NCBI GenBank assembly: GCA_964016885.1
Contig: OZ024745.1
Coordinates: forward strand, 23,498,001-23,562,000
Origin: Eledone cirrhosa
Taxonomy: Eukaryota
DNA length: 64,000 nucleotides
Direction of reading: 5' to 3'
The notes under the pieces: generated by a model
What the model saw: only the letters and a program-made list of their open reading frames with translations
Told to the model about the DNA's origin: nothing
Databases searched by the model: none
Shown here: in pieces, positions 15,386 to 33,251 of the stretch
How the letters are laid out: each line of letters starts with the position of its first letter
Position numbering within the stretch: position 1 is the stretch's first letter
Program-made: the position numbers and the translations under genes

Positions 15386-15601
15386 CCCTTTAGCATTTAA
15401 ACCGGCCATATCCGGCCAGTTTTCTCTCACCTCTTTCTGTTCAAATCAGCCATAAGGACACTCATACTTATGTTAAGGTATTGTTCTCAAAATAAATATC
15501 AAAATCTCATAGATTCGATATTATGTGAGATGATTATGTGAAATAAAGTGTTTACTGTGAAAATACAATAGTATATATAGAGTAACGTAAATGCTAAAGG
15601 G
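15386..15601. mobile_element. piggyBac-type MITE
   Basis: TTAA|CCCTTTAGCATTT ... AAATGCTAAAGGG|TTAA: TIR plus TTAA target duplication. Confidence 0.9.
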
Positions 15602-15803
15602 TTAAATCACTTCCAATAATCATCATAAATGATCTTGTGAGTAAACATCATAAACTATACAGTTTCTCTTATGCAAACTATAAATTTATCAAAACGCAAA
15701 CTTCCCAATTTATATGATTGTTCATATATCTAGCAATCATGGTATATAAAGACATAGCAATCATGTTTTCCAAAAATTAAATACATTCAATATTACTGCC
15801 ATC

Positions 15804-15990
15804 GTGGATTGGCAGTATCGGTAGAGGGTCGGACGCCATGCTTTGACGCATAGAGTTACGGCCCTTGCCATTCTGAGTTCAAATCCCGCCGAGGTTAACT
15901 TTGCCTTTCATCCTTATGGGGTCGATAAAATAAAGTACCAGTAATACACTGGGTAATTGCTGGCCTTGTGCCAAAAGTAGAAACAATTAT
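15804..15990 (+). mobile_element. tRNA-derived SINE, full-length young copy
   Basis: Pol III A box TGGCAGTATCGG, B box GAGTTCAAATCC, core GCCTTTCATCCTTA(C/T)GGGGTCGATAAAATAAAGTACCAG, 3' end GTAGAAACAATTAT. Confidence 0.92.
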
Positions 15991-16469
15991 TTGATTTCTA
16001 AGGCCTGCACATATTGGGGGAAGGGCAAAGTTGATTAAATCAGGCCCCATACTTGACTGATACTTCATTTTATCAACTCCGGAAGGATGAAAGACAAAAT
16101 TTACCTTGGTGGGATTTGGACGGCTAAAACACTTGCTTCAGGAAGCGGGGGTTTTTCTCTGAAGACCTTCTGTCCAACTCTCCTGAGAGTTTCTCACCAC
16201 ATTTACTCCGGAAGGAAGAAAGACAAAGTTTACCTCGGCGGGATTTGGAGACAGAATGTAAAGATCCAGAAAATACAGGTCCTCTAATATTGAATAATAA
16301 AGGAAGAAGTTGATCGTTGGATCAAATGAAAGAAAACTATTTTTCCTTTGGTGTTTCAATTGTTAACATTATCTGTTGGTCGTAAACCCTGGCAGAAAAC
16401 AGGGGCCGCGTCCTGTTTAAGTTTGATCTTTATAATTTTCATTCATTCCTTCATTCTCACTCTCTCACT

Positions 16470-19400
16470 CGCTCACTCTCTCACTCATTCGTTCACTCTC
16501 ACGCTCTCTCACTCATTCACTCTCTCACCAATTCACTCTCTCACCCATTCACTCTCTCACCCATTCACTCTCTCACTCATTCCCTCTCTCACCCATTTAT
16601 TCTCTCACCAATTCACACTCTCACCCATTCACTCTCTCACCCATTCACTCTCTCACCAATTCACTCTCTCATCCATTCACTCTGTCACCCATTCACTCTC
16701 TCACTCATTCACTCTCTCACCCATTCACTCTCTCGACCCATTCACTCTCTCACCTATTCACTCTCTCACCCATTCACTCTCTCACTCCTTTACTCTCTCA
16801 CTAATTCGTTCACTCTCACGCTCTCTCACTTCTTCACTCTCTCACCAATTCACTCTCTCACCCATTCACTCTCTCACCCATTCACTCTCTCACTCCTTTA
16901 CTCTCTCACTCATTCGTTCACTCTCACGCTCTCTCACTTCTTCACTCTCTCACCAATTCACTCTCTCACCCATTCACTCTCTCACCCATTCACTCTCTCA
17001 CTCCTTTACTCTCTCACTCATTCGTTCACTCTCACGCTCTCTCACTTCTTCACTCTCTCACCAATTCACTCTCTCACCCATTCACTCTCTCACCCATTCA
17101 CTCTCTCACCCATTCACTCTCTTACCCATTCACTCTCTCACCCGTTCACTCTCTCACTCCTTCACTCTCTCACCCATTCACTCTCTCACCCATTCACTCT
17201 CTCACCCATTCACTCTCTCGACCCATTCACTCTCTCACCCATTCACTCTCTCACCCATTCACTCTCTCACCCATTTACTCTCTCACCCATTCACTCTCTC
17301 ACCCATTCACTCTCTCACCCATTCACTCTCTCACCCATTCACTCTCTCACCCATTCACTCTCTCGACCCATTCACTCTCTCACCTATTCACTCTCTCACC
17401 CATTCACTCTCTCACCCATTTACTCTCTCACCCATTCACTCTCTCACCCATTCACTCTCTCACCCATTCACTCTCTCACTCATTCACTCTCTCACCCATT
17501 CACTCTCTCACTCATTCACTCTCTCACCCATTCACTCTCTCACCTATTTACTCTCTCACTCCTTCACCCACTCTGTCACCCATTCACTCTCTCACTCATT
17601 CACTCTCTCACCCATTCACTCTCTCACCCATTCACTCTCTCACTCATTCACTCTCTCACCCATTCACTCTCTCACCCATTCACTCTCTCACTCCTTTACT
17701 CTCTCACTCATTCGTTCACTCTCACGCTCTCTCACTCCTTCACTCTCTCACCAATTCACTCTCTCACTCATTCACTCTCTCACCCATTCACTCTCTCACC
17801 CATTCACTCTCTTACCCATTCACTCTCTCACGCGTTCACTCTCTCACTCCTTCACTCTCTCACCCATTCACTCTCTCACCCATTCACTCTCTCACCCATT
17901 CACTCTCTCGACCCATTCACTCTCTCACCCATTCACTCTCTCACCCATTCACTCTCTCACCCATTTACTCTCTCACCCATTCACTCTCTCACCCATTCAC
18001 TCTCTCACCCATTCACTCTCTCACCCATTCACTCTCTCACCCATTCACTCTCTCGACCCATTCACTCTCTCACCTATTCACTCTCTCACCCATTCACTCT
18101 CTCACCCATTTACTCTCTCACCCATTCACTCTCTCACCCATTCACTCTCTCACCCATTCACTCTCTCACTCATTCACTCTCTCACCCATTCACTCTCTCA
18201 CTCATTCACTCTCTCACCCATTCACTCTCTCACCTATTTACTCTCTCACTCCTTCACCCACTCTGTCACCCATTCACTCTCTCACTCATTCACTCTCTCA
18301 CCCATTCACTCTCTCACCCATTCACTCTCTCACTCATTCACTCTCTCACCCATTCACTCTCTCACCCATTCACTCTCTCACTCCTTTACTCTCTCACTCA
18401 TTCGTTCACTCTCACGCTCTCTCACTCCTTCACTCTCTCACCAATTCACTCTCTCACTCATTCACTCTCTCACCCATTCACTCTCTCACCCATTCACTCT
18501 CTCACCCATTCACTCTCTCACCCATTCACTCTCTCACCCGTTCACTCTCTCACTCCTTCACTCTCTCACCCATTCACTCTCTCACCCATTCACTCTCTCA
18601 CCCATTCACTCTCTCGACCCATTCACTCTCTCACCCATTCACTCTCTCACCCATTCACTCTCTCACCCATTTACTCTCTCACCCATTCACTCTCTCACCC
18701 ATTCACTCTCTCACCCATTCACTCTCTCACCCATTCACTCTCTCACCCATTCACTCTCTCGACCCATTCACTCTCTCACCTATTCACTCTCTCACCCATT
18801 CACTCTCTCACCCATTTACTCTCTCACCCATTCACTCTCTCACCCATTCACTCTCTCACCCATTCACTCTCTCACTCATTCACTCTCTCACCCATTCACT
18901 CTCTCACCCATTCACTCTCTCACTCATTCACTCTCTCACCCATTCACTCTCTCACCCATTTACTCTCTCACTCCTTCACCCACTCTGTCACCCATTCAAT
19001 CTCTCACTCATTCACTCTCTCACCCATTCACTCTCTCACCCATTCACTCTCTCACTCATTCACTCTCTCACTCATTCACTCTCTCACCCATTCACTCTCT
19101 CACCCATTCACTCTCTCACCCATTTATTCTCTCACTCATTCACTCTCTCACTCATTTACTCTCTCACCCATTCACTCTCTCACCCATTCACTCTCTCACT
19201 CATTTACTCTCTCACTCATTCACTCTCTCACCCATTCACTCTGTCACCCATTCACTCTCTCACTCCTTCACCCACTCTGTCACCCATTCACTCTCTCACT
19301 CATTCACTCTCTCACTCATTCACTCTCTCACCCATTCACTCTCTCACCCATTCACTCTCTCACCCATTTATTCTCTCACTCATTCACTCTCTCACCCATT

Positions 19401-19690
19401 CACTCTCTCACTCATTCACTCTCTCACCCATTCACTCTCTCACCCATTCACTCTCTCACCCATTTATTCTCTCACTCATTCACTCTCTCACCCATTCACT
19501 CTCTCACCCATTCACTCTCTCACCCATTCACTCTCTCACCCATTTATTCTCTCACTCATTCACTCTCTCACCCATTCACTCTCTCATCAATTTATTCTCT
19601 CATTCCTTCACTCTCTCTCATTCATTCATTCTCTCTCTCACTCTCTCACCCATTCACTCTCTCACTCCTTCACCCACTCTCTCTTTCATT
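16470..19690. repeat. 16-bp minisatellite (CACCCATTCACTCTCT)n, about 200 copies, with a ~720-bp higher-order duplication
   Basis: The 16-aa periodicity of the 1177-aa ORF equals 3 x 16 nt; variant pattern at about 17050-17770 recurs at about 17770-18490. Confidence 0.95.
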
Positions 19691-20114
19691 CATTTTCTCA
19701 CCCATTTATTCCCTCACCCAACCACTCTCTCATTCACACATATATTCACTCACACATACTTTTACTCATCCCTTACTCACTCATTTACATATTCACTTAT
19801 TCTCTCTCTCTCTCTTTGTCACTAACTCACCCTCTCTTTTTTTCATTCTCACCCACTCTCACTCTCTCACTAACCCACTGACTATCTCTCTCTCTCTCTA
19901 TCTCTTTCTCACTAACTCACCCTCTCTCTTTCTCTCTTTCTTTCTCACCAACTCACCCACTCTCCCTCTCTCTCTTTCTTTCTCACTAACTCACCCCTCC
20001 CTGTCTCTCTCTCTTTCTCTCTAACAACTCTCTCTCCCTCTCTCTTACTAACTCACTCATTCATTTCCTTAATCACATCACTCACTTTCTGACCGACTCA
20101 GTAATTCGTCCTTA

Positions 20115-20177
<63 letters not shown>

Positions 20178-20619
20178 CACACACACACTAACTCATTCTC
20201 CACCCATAAACCACCATCGCCACCACCACCACCACCACCACCACCACCACCACCCTACGCCCATTGGCATCCATTCCAGCCGGCTGCCTTGTCTCCTGCG
20301 ACGATGTGCACTCACAGACACGAATATATATGTATGTGTGTATATATATATATATATACATACATACATATACATACATATATATACATACATAGATATA
20401 TATATATGTATATATATGTATGTATATATATATATATAGACACACACACACATATATATAAATATATATATATATGCATATATATGTATATATATATATA
20501 TATATGTATATATATAATATACATACAGCTATATTTGTATGTTATCTATGTATATATATATATTATATATATATATATACACACATACATACACACACAT
20601 ATATATATATACATACACA

Positions 20620-20664
<45 letters not shown>

Positions 20665-21229
20665 ATGTATGTACAAGCATATATCATCTAATGGCAATTC
20701 TTTGATGGTCCACCATTCGCATGTATGTATGTGTACGTGCACGCCTGTTTGTGTGTATGTGTGAGTATCTGTGTATGGATATGTATATATATATATGTAT
20801 GAGTGCGATGTCTATGTATGTGCATGAATGTGTGTATGTGTATGTGCAAGCCTGTTTGCGAGAGTGCTCGTATGTTTGTGTGTGTATATGTGTGTACATG
20901 TGCGTGTGTGTATATGTGTGTGTACGTATGTGTGTATATATATGTGTACGTATGTGTGTATATATATGTGTACGTGTGTGTGTGTGTGTGTGTATAACTA
21001 ATGACCCATGACTTACATGCATCTCTTCACTGTTCTGTTGTCTGACAATCTTCCCTAGCACATTACATACACCCCAGTGGCCCGCCCTTCTCCACCCCAC
21101 AACCACGCCCCCCATTCTATCTATACCTCATATTGTCCTGCTGCCTCCACCCTTGCCCACCACCACTTTCTTTACTACCAATACTGCCACCACTAATACC
21201 ATCAATAACAAACACTGTTTGTTCCACAC

Positions 21230-22360
21230 CACAACCACCAACACGACTAACTCTCCACCACTACCATCACCACCACCACCACCACCACCACCACCTCCAC
21301 CACCACCACTATCGCCACTATCACAACCGCCACCACTACCACCACCACCACCACCACCTCCACCACCACCTCCACAACCACCACCACCACCACTATCGCC
21401 ACTATCACTACCACCACTACACATTTATTTCGACTACTACCACCACAACCACCAACATTAGTAACTCCCCACCACCACTATCACTACCACCCCCATCACT
21501 ACCATCACTATCACCACTACCACCATTATTTCTACTACTACCACCACAACCACCAACTACATCAGAGTCTGTATTATCAATACAGTCCCCGCCACTACCA
21601 TCTCCACTACCTCCTCCATCTCAGTCACAGTCAACACCCACCCACACCCAGTTACCACATCTGTCGCCGCCACAAACACAATCACCAGCACCAGCACCAC
21701 CATTATCACAGACACTGCCAACGCCCGCCCTAATCCCGTTACCATATCAACCAACACCATAACCAACACCACCAGCAGCACCACCAGCACCAGCACCACT
21801 ACTACCACAACCAACAACATCACCACCATCACCACCACCAACACAACCACAACCACAACCAACAACACCAACACCACCACCACTACCAACAACAACACTA
21901 TCACCACCATCACCACCATCAACAACATCAACAACACCACTACCATCACCACCATCACCACCAACACAACCACCACCAACAACACCACTACCATCACCAC
22001 CAACACAACCACCACCAACAACACCACTACCATCACCACCAACACAACCACCACCAACAACACCACTACCATCACCACCAACACAACCACCACCAACAAC
22101 ACCACTACCATCACCACCAACACAACCACCACCAACAACACCACTACCATCACCACCAACACAACCACCAACAACACCACTACCATTACCACCAACACAA
22201 CCACCACCAACAACACCACTACCATCACCACCAACACAACCACCAACACGACCACTACCACCAACAACAACACCACTACCATCACCACCAACACAACCAC
22301 CACCATCACCACCAACACAACCACCGCCAACAACACCAGCAACACCACTACCATCACCAC
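21230..22360. repeat. (ACC/AAC)n low-complexity tract including a 36-bp tandem unit at about 21940-22350
   Basis: Unit CACCACTACCATCACCACCAACACAACCACCACCAACAA-like repeated about 10 times; exact period not measured precisely. Confidence 0.8.
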
Positions 22361-22622
22361 GTATATGTATATGAGCGATAAATGGCCCGCTTTGCCAAAT
22401 TCAAATAAAAAAGAAAATTTCGCTCTACATGGCCATTTATCGCTCGTATACAGGAAACTGACTGGCCAGTCCGCTGATATGCAAATCTGGCTGATCAGTG
22501 GATCTGCTAATATGCAGATCTGACTGATCAGCCAGTCTGCTAATATGCAAATCAGGCCGATCAGTCACTGTGTATTTTTGAAAATAGCATATATTTTCAC
22601 TAGCTCTGACAGTTTGGCAGTT

Positions 22623-22684
22623 GAACAGTGAGCTGTACTGATGAAGAGTGATACCCAGAAACATTAGTGTCTGCAGTTCTGTTC
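22623..22684 (+). ncRNA. Type I hammerhead ribozyme, canonical core, GUC cleavage after 22671
   Basis: GAACAG-TG-AGCTGTA / TGCAGTT-CTGTTC stem I, CTGATGA (22638-44), stem II GAGT/ACCC (one mismatch), GAAA, stem III ACA-TTAG-TGT, C17. Confidence 0.85.
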
Positions 22685-22790
22685 GCATGCCAACACAAGA
22701 GCAAGAATGAAGTGTTCATTCTACTGACATGGCTATACAATTGAGGCTTGTTTGCAAAATTGCAAACATATCGAATGTTATTTTTAATAA

Positions 22791-22970
22791 GCAGTATCGG
22801 TAGAGGGTCGGACGCCATGCTTTAACGCATAGAGTTACGGCCCTTTCCATTCTGATTTCAAATCCCGCCGAGGTTAACTTTGCCTTTCATCCTTACGGGG
22901 TCGATAAAATAAAGTACCAGTAATTCACTGGGTAATTGTTGGCCTTGTGCCAAAAAGTAGAAACAATTAT
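22791..22970 (+). mobile_element. tRNA-derived SINE inserted into the hammerhead element
   Basis: Family sequence; absent from the equivalent position of unit 2. Confidence 0.9.
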
Positions 22971-23245
22971 TAATATTCGAAAAACTCCGATTACATTTAT
23001 TGTATTCAGGCATGTAGAGCGAAATTTTTTTTTTATTTGAATTTGGCAAAGCCGGCCATTTATCGCTCGTATACAGAAAACTGACTGGCTAGTCTGCTGA
23101 TATGCAAATCGGGCTGATCAGTGGATCTGCTAATATGCAGATCTGATTGGTCAGCCAGTCTGCTAATGTGCAAATCAGACCGATCAGTCATAGTATATTT
23201 TAGAAAATAGCATATATTTTCACTAGCTCTGACAGTTTGGCAGGT

Positions 23246-23307
23246 GAACAGTGAGCTGTACTGATGAAGGGTGATACCCAGAAACATTAGTGCCTGCAGT
23301 TCTGTTC
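23246..23307 (+). ncRNA. Type I hammerhead, second tandem copy (triplet mutated GTC>GCC)
   Basis: CTGATGA (23261-67), perfect stem II GGGT/ACCC, GAAA (23281-84), same stem I as copy 1. Confidence 0.75.
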
Positions 23308-23425
23308 GCATGCCAACACAAGAGCAAGAAGGAAGTGTTCATTCTACTGTCATGGCTATAAAATTGAGGGTTGTTTGCAAAATTGCAAACGAATCGAATG
23401 TTATTAATATTCGAAAAACTATATA

Positions 23426-23529
<104 letters not shown>

Positions 23530-23579
23530 AGGAGCATGACTTGGCAAGCTATTTAGAACACTGGTTTGACAGCTTTACT

Positions 23580-23617
23580 TCCCTCTGAAGAAGAGATATT
23601 ATCTCGAAAATTAAGGA
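23580..23617 (+). ncRNA. Minimal hammerhead motif in a TA-flanked insert (23528-23733)
   Basis: CCT-CTGAAGA-A-GAGAT-ATT-ATCTC-GAAA-ATT-A^AGG; palindromic AATT stem III; stem I only 3 bp. Confidence 0.55.
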
Positions 23618-23730
23618 CATTTAAATAAATCTAAGGTAAAAGACTAATTGTCAACAATATCTTTTGCATTTGCATTCTTTATTCTATGTCCATACCTGCA
23701 TTGTTTTGGCTTCATTATACATATACAAAC

Positions 23731-23834
<104 letters not shown>

Positions 23835-24033
23835 ATAGGGGAGGGGGTGTATATACAAAAGACAAGGAGCTTGTATTTCTAGGAAGTGGTAATACTGACA
23901 CAAATTTACTTTCCAATGTTTTCTCCCCTCCGAAAGAAATCAAAACAACAAAGTATTTACTACCAACGACAATCAGGACTTTGACCATTTGAGTACTGCT
24001 GGTTCACTAGTGCTACTACTAGTGCTACAACTG

Positions 24034-24090
<57 letters not shown>

Positions 24091-24152
24091 TATATATATA
24101 TATATATCGTATCACTGGGTGTGTGGTTAAGAAAATATTTATTTTAATGTTT

Positions 24153-24306
24153 AAAGTTTAACCCCGACGGCAGAGCTCGTTTATATATATATATGAGCTC
24201 TGCCGTCGAGGTTAAACTTTTTCCTACTACCCACTCTACTACCCTAAGTATTGAGTACTCTGGTGCGTTATGGTCCATCTGGTTCCTTACCACACTTCCT
24301 TCGTTA
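24153..24306 (+). mobile_element. Hairpin-plus-tail element, copy 3 (TA run in the loop)
   Basis: AAAGTTTAACCCCGACGGCAGAGCTC..GAGCTCTGCCGTCGAGGTTAAACTTT followed by the family tail and (TA)n. Confidence 0.75.
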
Positions 24307-24372
24307 TTATATATATATATATATATATTCATATATATATATAATATATATATTATATATAATATACATCTG

Positions 24373-24526
<154 letters not shown>

Positions 24527-24588
24527 TGTATATTATATATATATATATATAATATATATATTATATATATATATATAATATACATCTG

Positions 24589-24662
<74 letters not shown>

Positions 24663-24664
24663 TG

Positions 24665-24706
<42 letters not shown>

Positions 24707-24725
24707 CATCTGTATATATATATAC

Positions 24726-24850
<125 letters not shown>

Positions 24851-25008
24851 GTGCATAACTATATAAACGGAGAAAGCTATTAGCGATACTCCGACCAATT
24901 TCCAACTCACTCAACAAACATTAGGAAACACCGGAGTATGTTCCCAATGAAACGTTTGCAGTGTTAACTATATTGTATTGTGTGGATAATTGGCTGGATT
25001 ATTTTATT

Positions 25009-25192
25009 GGATTGGCAGTATCGGTAGAGGGTCGGAGGCCATGCTTTCCAACATAGTTACGTCCCTTTACGATCTGAGTTCAAATCCCGCCGAAGTTGGC
25101 TTTGCCTTTCATCCTTACGGGGTCGATAAAATAAAGTACCAGTAATGCACTGGGTAATTGCTGGCCTTGTGCCGAAAAGTAGAAACAATTAT
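25009..25192 (+). mobile_element. tRNA-derived SINE
   Basis: Family A box, B box and core. Confidence 0.9.
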
Positions 25193-25584
25193 TTTATATG
25201 AGATATATTAAAGATCTCATTTCCCAAACGAATCGTTTCATTGTAAGATTCCTACATTGTGGGTGAAATTATACCAAGTTATGTAGAAACTTGTGTAAGA
25301 TCAAAGGATTCTTATGCAAGTGGGCCCTTATAAATCTTCAGTGGGTGCCCAATAATATTAATATTATGTATATATATATATATTCCCAATAACTTATCCA
25401 GTTATTGACGCCCTGGGGTGAAGTGATATCTTGTCTTTAAATATCCAGTAGACAACTGATGAGGAAAACTCCCCCACCCTGTTCTTGCTTTCTTCGTATT
25501 TCCACTCCATTTTAAGTTACCTTAAATAGCAACTATACAGCCATTTCTATTCACCATATATTTCATCATCTTTATATGTATGTA

Positions 25585-25646
<62 letters not shown>

Positions 25647-25885
25647 GTGTGTGTGTGTGTATACCATCTATTAATGCGTGTGTAGAGGGGGAATATAGAC
25701 GTGGAGAGGCGTGTTTGTGTATATATGTGTATGTTTGATGCGTATAGCTGCATTTGTTTGAGTGGGAGTATGTGTGTGTGTGTGTGAGTGTGTGAGTGTG
25801 TGTGTGTGTGTGTGTGCCTGAGTACGTAACATCCTAACACACGCCTGTATCTCTCTCTCTCTCGATATATATATATAGATATATA

Positions 25886-25919
<34 letters not shown>

Positions 25920-26038
25920 AAATATATATATATGTAATATATATATGTATGTATATATATATAATATATATATATATGTATGTATATATAATATATATAT
26001 ATATATATACGTATATATAATATATATATATATATATG

Positions 26039-26072
<34 letters not shown>

Positions 26073-26085
26073 GTGTATATATATA

Positions 26086-26161
<76 letters not shown>

Positions 26162-26474
26162 AGTGTGTGTACCTGTTTAGGTATGTATGTTTGCGTGTAT
26201 GTATATGCATGTGTATGTGTGTGTGTAGATATATATATATATGTGTGTGTGTGTGTGTATGTAGAGACAGTGGTGTGTGACAATCACCAATGTGAGAGAT
26301 ATATATCACCAAAGTGTCCATATCAACCTAGTTGCCAGTTCAACTCTGTGCCAGTTTTTTTTTTTTTTTTTAGATTTTAGTTTTGTCTTTTTGTTTTTAC
26401 TTCCAGATAAAGCTTCGGGTGAGATATCTGTCTCTCAATCTGCCTTTTTATCACGTGCCAACATCTATCTATCC

Positions 26475-26506
<32 letters not shown>

Positions 26507-26507
26507 G

Positions 26508-26725
26508 GAAAGGAGTACAAACTCTTCGTACTCCTGGAGATGAGGGTTGCACATTTTTTTTCGGGGGTCTGTGTTACCCATATAAACTGTCTCCCTCTAT
26601 TGGGGAAAATCGACTAACTTTTAAATTCCATCTGTGATAACATTTTACACGTTTTTATTGTATGTAAACTTCCCCCTTTGTATTTGTCCCCTTCTTTTGT
26701 GCCCCTGTGGCTAATAAAGAAATAT
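26508..26725 (+). mobile_element. 3' UTR fragment of a Tx1-like LINE (related subfamily) in (ATCT)n
   Basis: Ends GCCCCTGTGGCTAATAAAGAAATATATCTATCTAT, like the 55.6-kb element; (ATCT)n on both sides. Confidence 0.6.
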
Positions 26726-26732
26726 ATCTATC

Positions 26733-26785
<53 letters not shown>

Positions 26786-26787
26786 AC

Positions 26788-26836
<49 letters not shown>

Positions 26837-26904
26837 TTATCTATCCATCTATCTATCTCCCTCTATCTATCTATCTACCCCCCTCTCTCTCTATCTATCT
26901 ACCC

Positions 26905-26939
<35 letters not shown>

Positions 26940-26940
26940 T

Positions 26941-27247
26941 CTCTGTATATAAACCTGTAGGTTGAGGAAGATAAACAGAGGGAAGACGGGAACACCTACA
27001 AAACGTGTTCCTGGTGTTGAGGGTTGTCCTATCCACGGGGTGTAAAACAACCCGCAGTAACGTCCCCCTTGTTGGGGATTTCTATTATTTTATTTTATAT
27101 ATAGTTTATTGTTATTCACTGGGATAATTACTGGCCTTGTGCCAAATGTAGAAACAAATATTGTTAAAGATTTTATGTAAAACCCCCGCCGTCACGTCTT
27201 GTAATGTCCCATTTTTGTACGCCCCTGTGGCAAATAAAGAAAGATAT
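26941..27247 (+). mobile_element. 3' end of the Tx1-like LINE (last codons plus 3' UTR), with a small SINE fragment inside
   Basis: Reverse complement of about 55563-55840; preceded by (ATCT)n. Confidence 0.85.
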
Positions 27248-27409
27248 TTGTCACTCTGTTATCCTGTCTATAACCGATGTTATACCACATTAACTCGCCA
27301 AGTTACTGCTGCTGCTGTTGTTGTTGTTGTTGTTGTTCCTCTGTTGGTGGTTTATTGTTATTATTATTATGGTGATAGTGATAGTTATAGTTATTTTTGG
27401 TGATAATAA

Positions 27410-30056
<2,647 letters not shown>

Positions 30057-31191
30057 ATATATATAGAAATACTTAAGCATGAGCATCACGGACGTGGTTT
30101 TTTAGTCCTGCTAGGGAATTTGCCTATGGCCTATCAGGTCATGCAGTGCAAAAGAATGTCATATGTCAAGCAATGCCTGTGCTTGAAACTTTTTAAAAGT
30201 GAAGAAAGCCTTCGCCCGGAGCCAATCCCACTCTCTGAACACTGAATGCATGTACGCACAAAGTAGAACTGGTCTACATCATTGGGTGTAAACCAAGTCG
30301 TAAACCACATAGTGCTAGGCCCATGGTACCATGTGACGACGAGTGCAGAGAGATCTCCAGATATAAAGCAATGCCTGTGCCGTGAAGCTTTTATAGTGAG
30401 CAAAGACACTGCACAAAAACAAGTCCCACTCTCTTAACCAAGATGATATTTACCAAAAATTAGAACAAGTCAACATCATTGGCTACCATCAGAATTGCAG
30501 GTGTTATATCAGAGTTTTCCTTCTCCTAGAATTCTGCCTTGACAAAGGATAAGGGGTCATCTCTCCCGGTGATTTTGGATGGCCATTGACTGTTAAGAGC
30601 TCCTTTGCCCTTTGACATGTTTTGTTTTTTAGTCCTGCAGGATGTCCAAAGTCACCCTCCTCACCAAGAAACCTTGGTGGGGTTGCCAGTTTAGTCGCCA
30701 ACGACCCAACCATGAGACAGGTTGTACTAGGATACATTTTACCAGTAGCACCAACTGGTGACCTGACATACATACATACATACATATGGTGGCTGCCAAC
30801 TCGTTTTCGAGTACGGCCACTACTTTATATCCATGTAGGAGAACCCCTACCAATGCGCTGAACGAGTGTGACTTTTTAGTCCAGCCAGAGACTTGAAAAC
30901 TCTGGTACAAACACTACACTTGTGACAATTATTGACACATAATGCTGGGCCCATGGTACCATGTGACGACAAGTGCAGAGAGATCTCCAGATATAAAGCA
31001 ATGCCTGTGCCGTGAAGCTTTTATAGTGAGCAAAGGCACTGCACAAAGCCAGTCCCACTCTCTTAACCAAGATGATATTTACCAAAAAGAAGAACAAGTC
31101 AACATCATTGGATACCATCAGGGTTGCAGGGGTTATATCAGAGTTTTCCTTCTCCTAGAATTCTGCCTTACAAAGGCTAAGGGGTCATCTC

Positions 31192-32010
31192 ATATGTATA
31201 TATATATACATACATACATATGTATATATATATATATATATACATACATACATACATACATATGTATATACATATATATCTATACATACATACATACATA
31301 CATATGTATATATATATACATACATACATACATACATATGTATATATATATACATACATACATACATATGTATGTATATATATATATATATATATACATA
31401 CATATATACATACATACATATATATACATATATATATACATATATATATATACATATATACATATATATATATACATACATATATATATATATATACATA
31501 CATATATACATACATACATATATATACACATATATATACATACATATATACATACATATATATACATATATATATACATATATATACACATATATACATA
31601 CACATATATACATATATATACACATATATACATACATATATACACATATATATACATACATACATACATATATATATATATATACATACATATATATATA
31701 TACATATACATACATATATACATATATATATACATACATATATACATATATATATACATACATATATACATATATATACATACATACATACATATATATA
31801 CATACACATACATATACATACATAAACATACATACATATACATATATATATACATATATATACATATATACATATACATATACATACATATATACATACA
31901 TATACATATATATATATACATATATATACATATATATATATACATACATATACATATATACATACATATACACATATACATACATATACATATATACATA
32001 TATATATACA

Positions 32011-32041
<31 letters not shown>

Positions 32042-32085
32042 ATACGTACATATACATATATACATACATATACATATATACATAC

Positions 32086-32120
<35 letters not shown>

Positions 32121-32220
32121 CATACATATATATATACATATATATACATATATATATATATACATACATACATATATACATACATATATACATATACATA
32201 CACATATATACATACATACA

Positions 32221-32251
<31 letters not shown>

Positions 32252-32473
32252 ATACATATATATATATACATATATATATATACAAATATATACACATATA
32301 TACATATATATATATACATATATTTATATACATATACATACATATATATACATATATACATATATATATACATATATACATACATATATATATATACATA
32401 CATATATACACACATATATATATACATATACATACATATATACATACATATATACACACATATATATATACAT

Positions 32474-32516
<43 letters not shown>

Positions 32517-33251
32517 TACATATACACATATACATATATACATATATATACATATATACATATATATACATATATACATACATATATATATATACATATA
32601 TACATACATATATATACATATATACATATATATACATATATATACATATATACATATATATACATATATACATATATACATATATATACATATATACATA
32701 CATATATATAAATATATACATACATATATACATATATATATACATATACACATATACATATATACATATATATACATATATACATACATATATATATATA
32801 TACATATATACATACATATATACATATATATATACATATACATATATACATATATACATACATATATATATATATATACATACATATATATACATATATA
32901 CATACATATATACATATATACATACATATATATATATACATACATATATGTATACATATATACATACATATTTATATATACATACATATATACATACATA
33001 TATACATACATACTTATATATACATACATATATATATATACATATATACATACATATATATATATACATATATATACATACATATATACATACATATATA
33101 TATATACATACATATATATATATACATACATATATATACACATATACATATATATATATATACATATACATATATATATATATACATATATACATATACA
33201 TACATATATATACACACATACATACATATATATATACATATATACATACAT
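31192..33251. repeat. About 2-kb compound (TA/CATA)n microsatellite; a similar tract lies at 35677-37401
   Basis: Direct reading. Confidence 0.97.

Noticed and set aside
15804-15890. SINE heads as functional tRNA genes
   Set aside because: A and B boxes present but no complete cloverleaf; fused to the SINE body in many copies.
16348-19881. 1177-aa His/Ser/Leu/Thr ORF
   Set aside because: Stop-free translation of a 16-bp minisatellite cycling through all three frames.
25450-25480. Hammerhead at CTGATGAGGAAAACTC
   Set aside because: No stem II between the boxes and no closing stem I.
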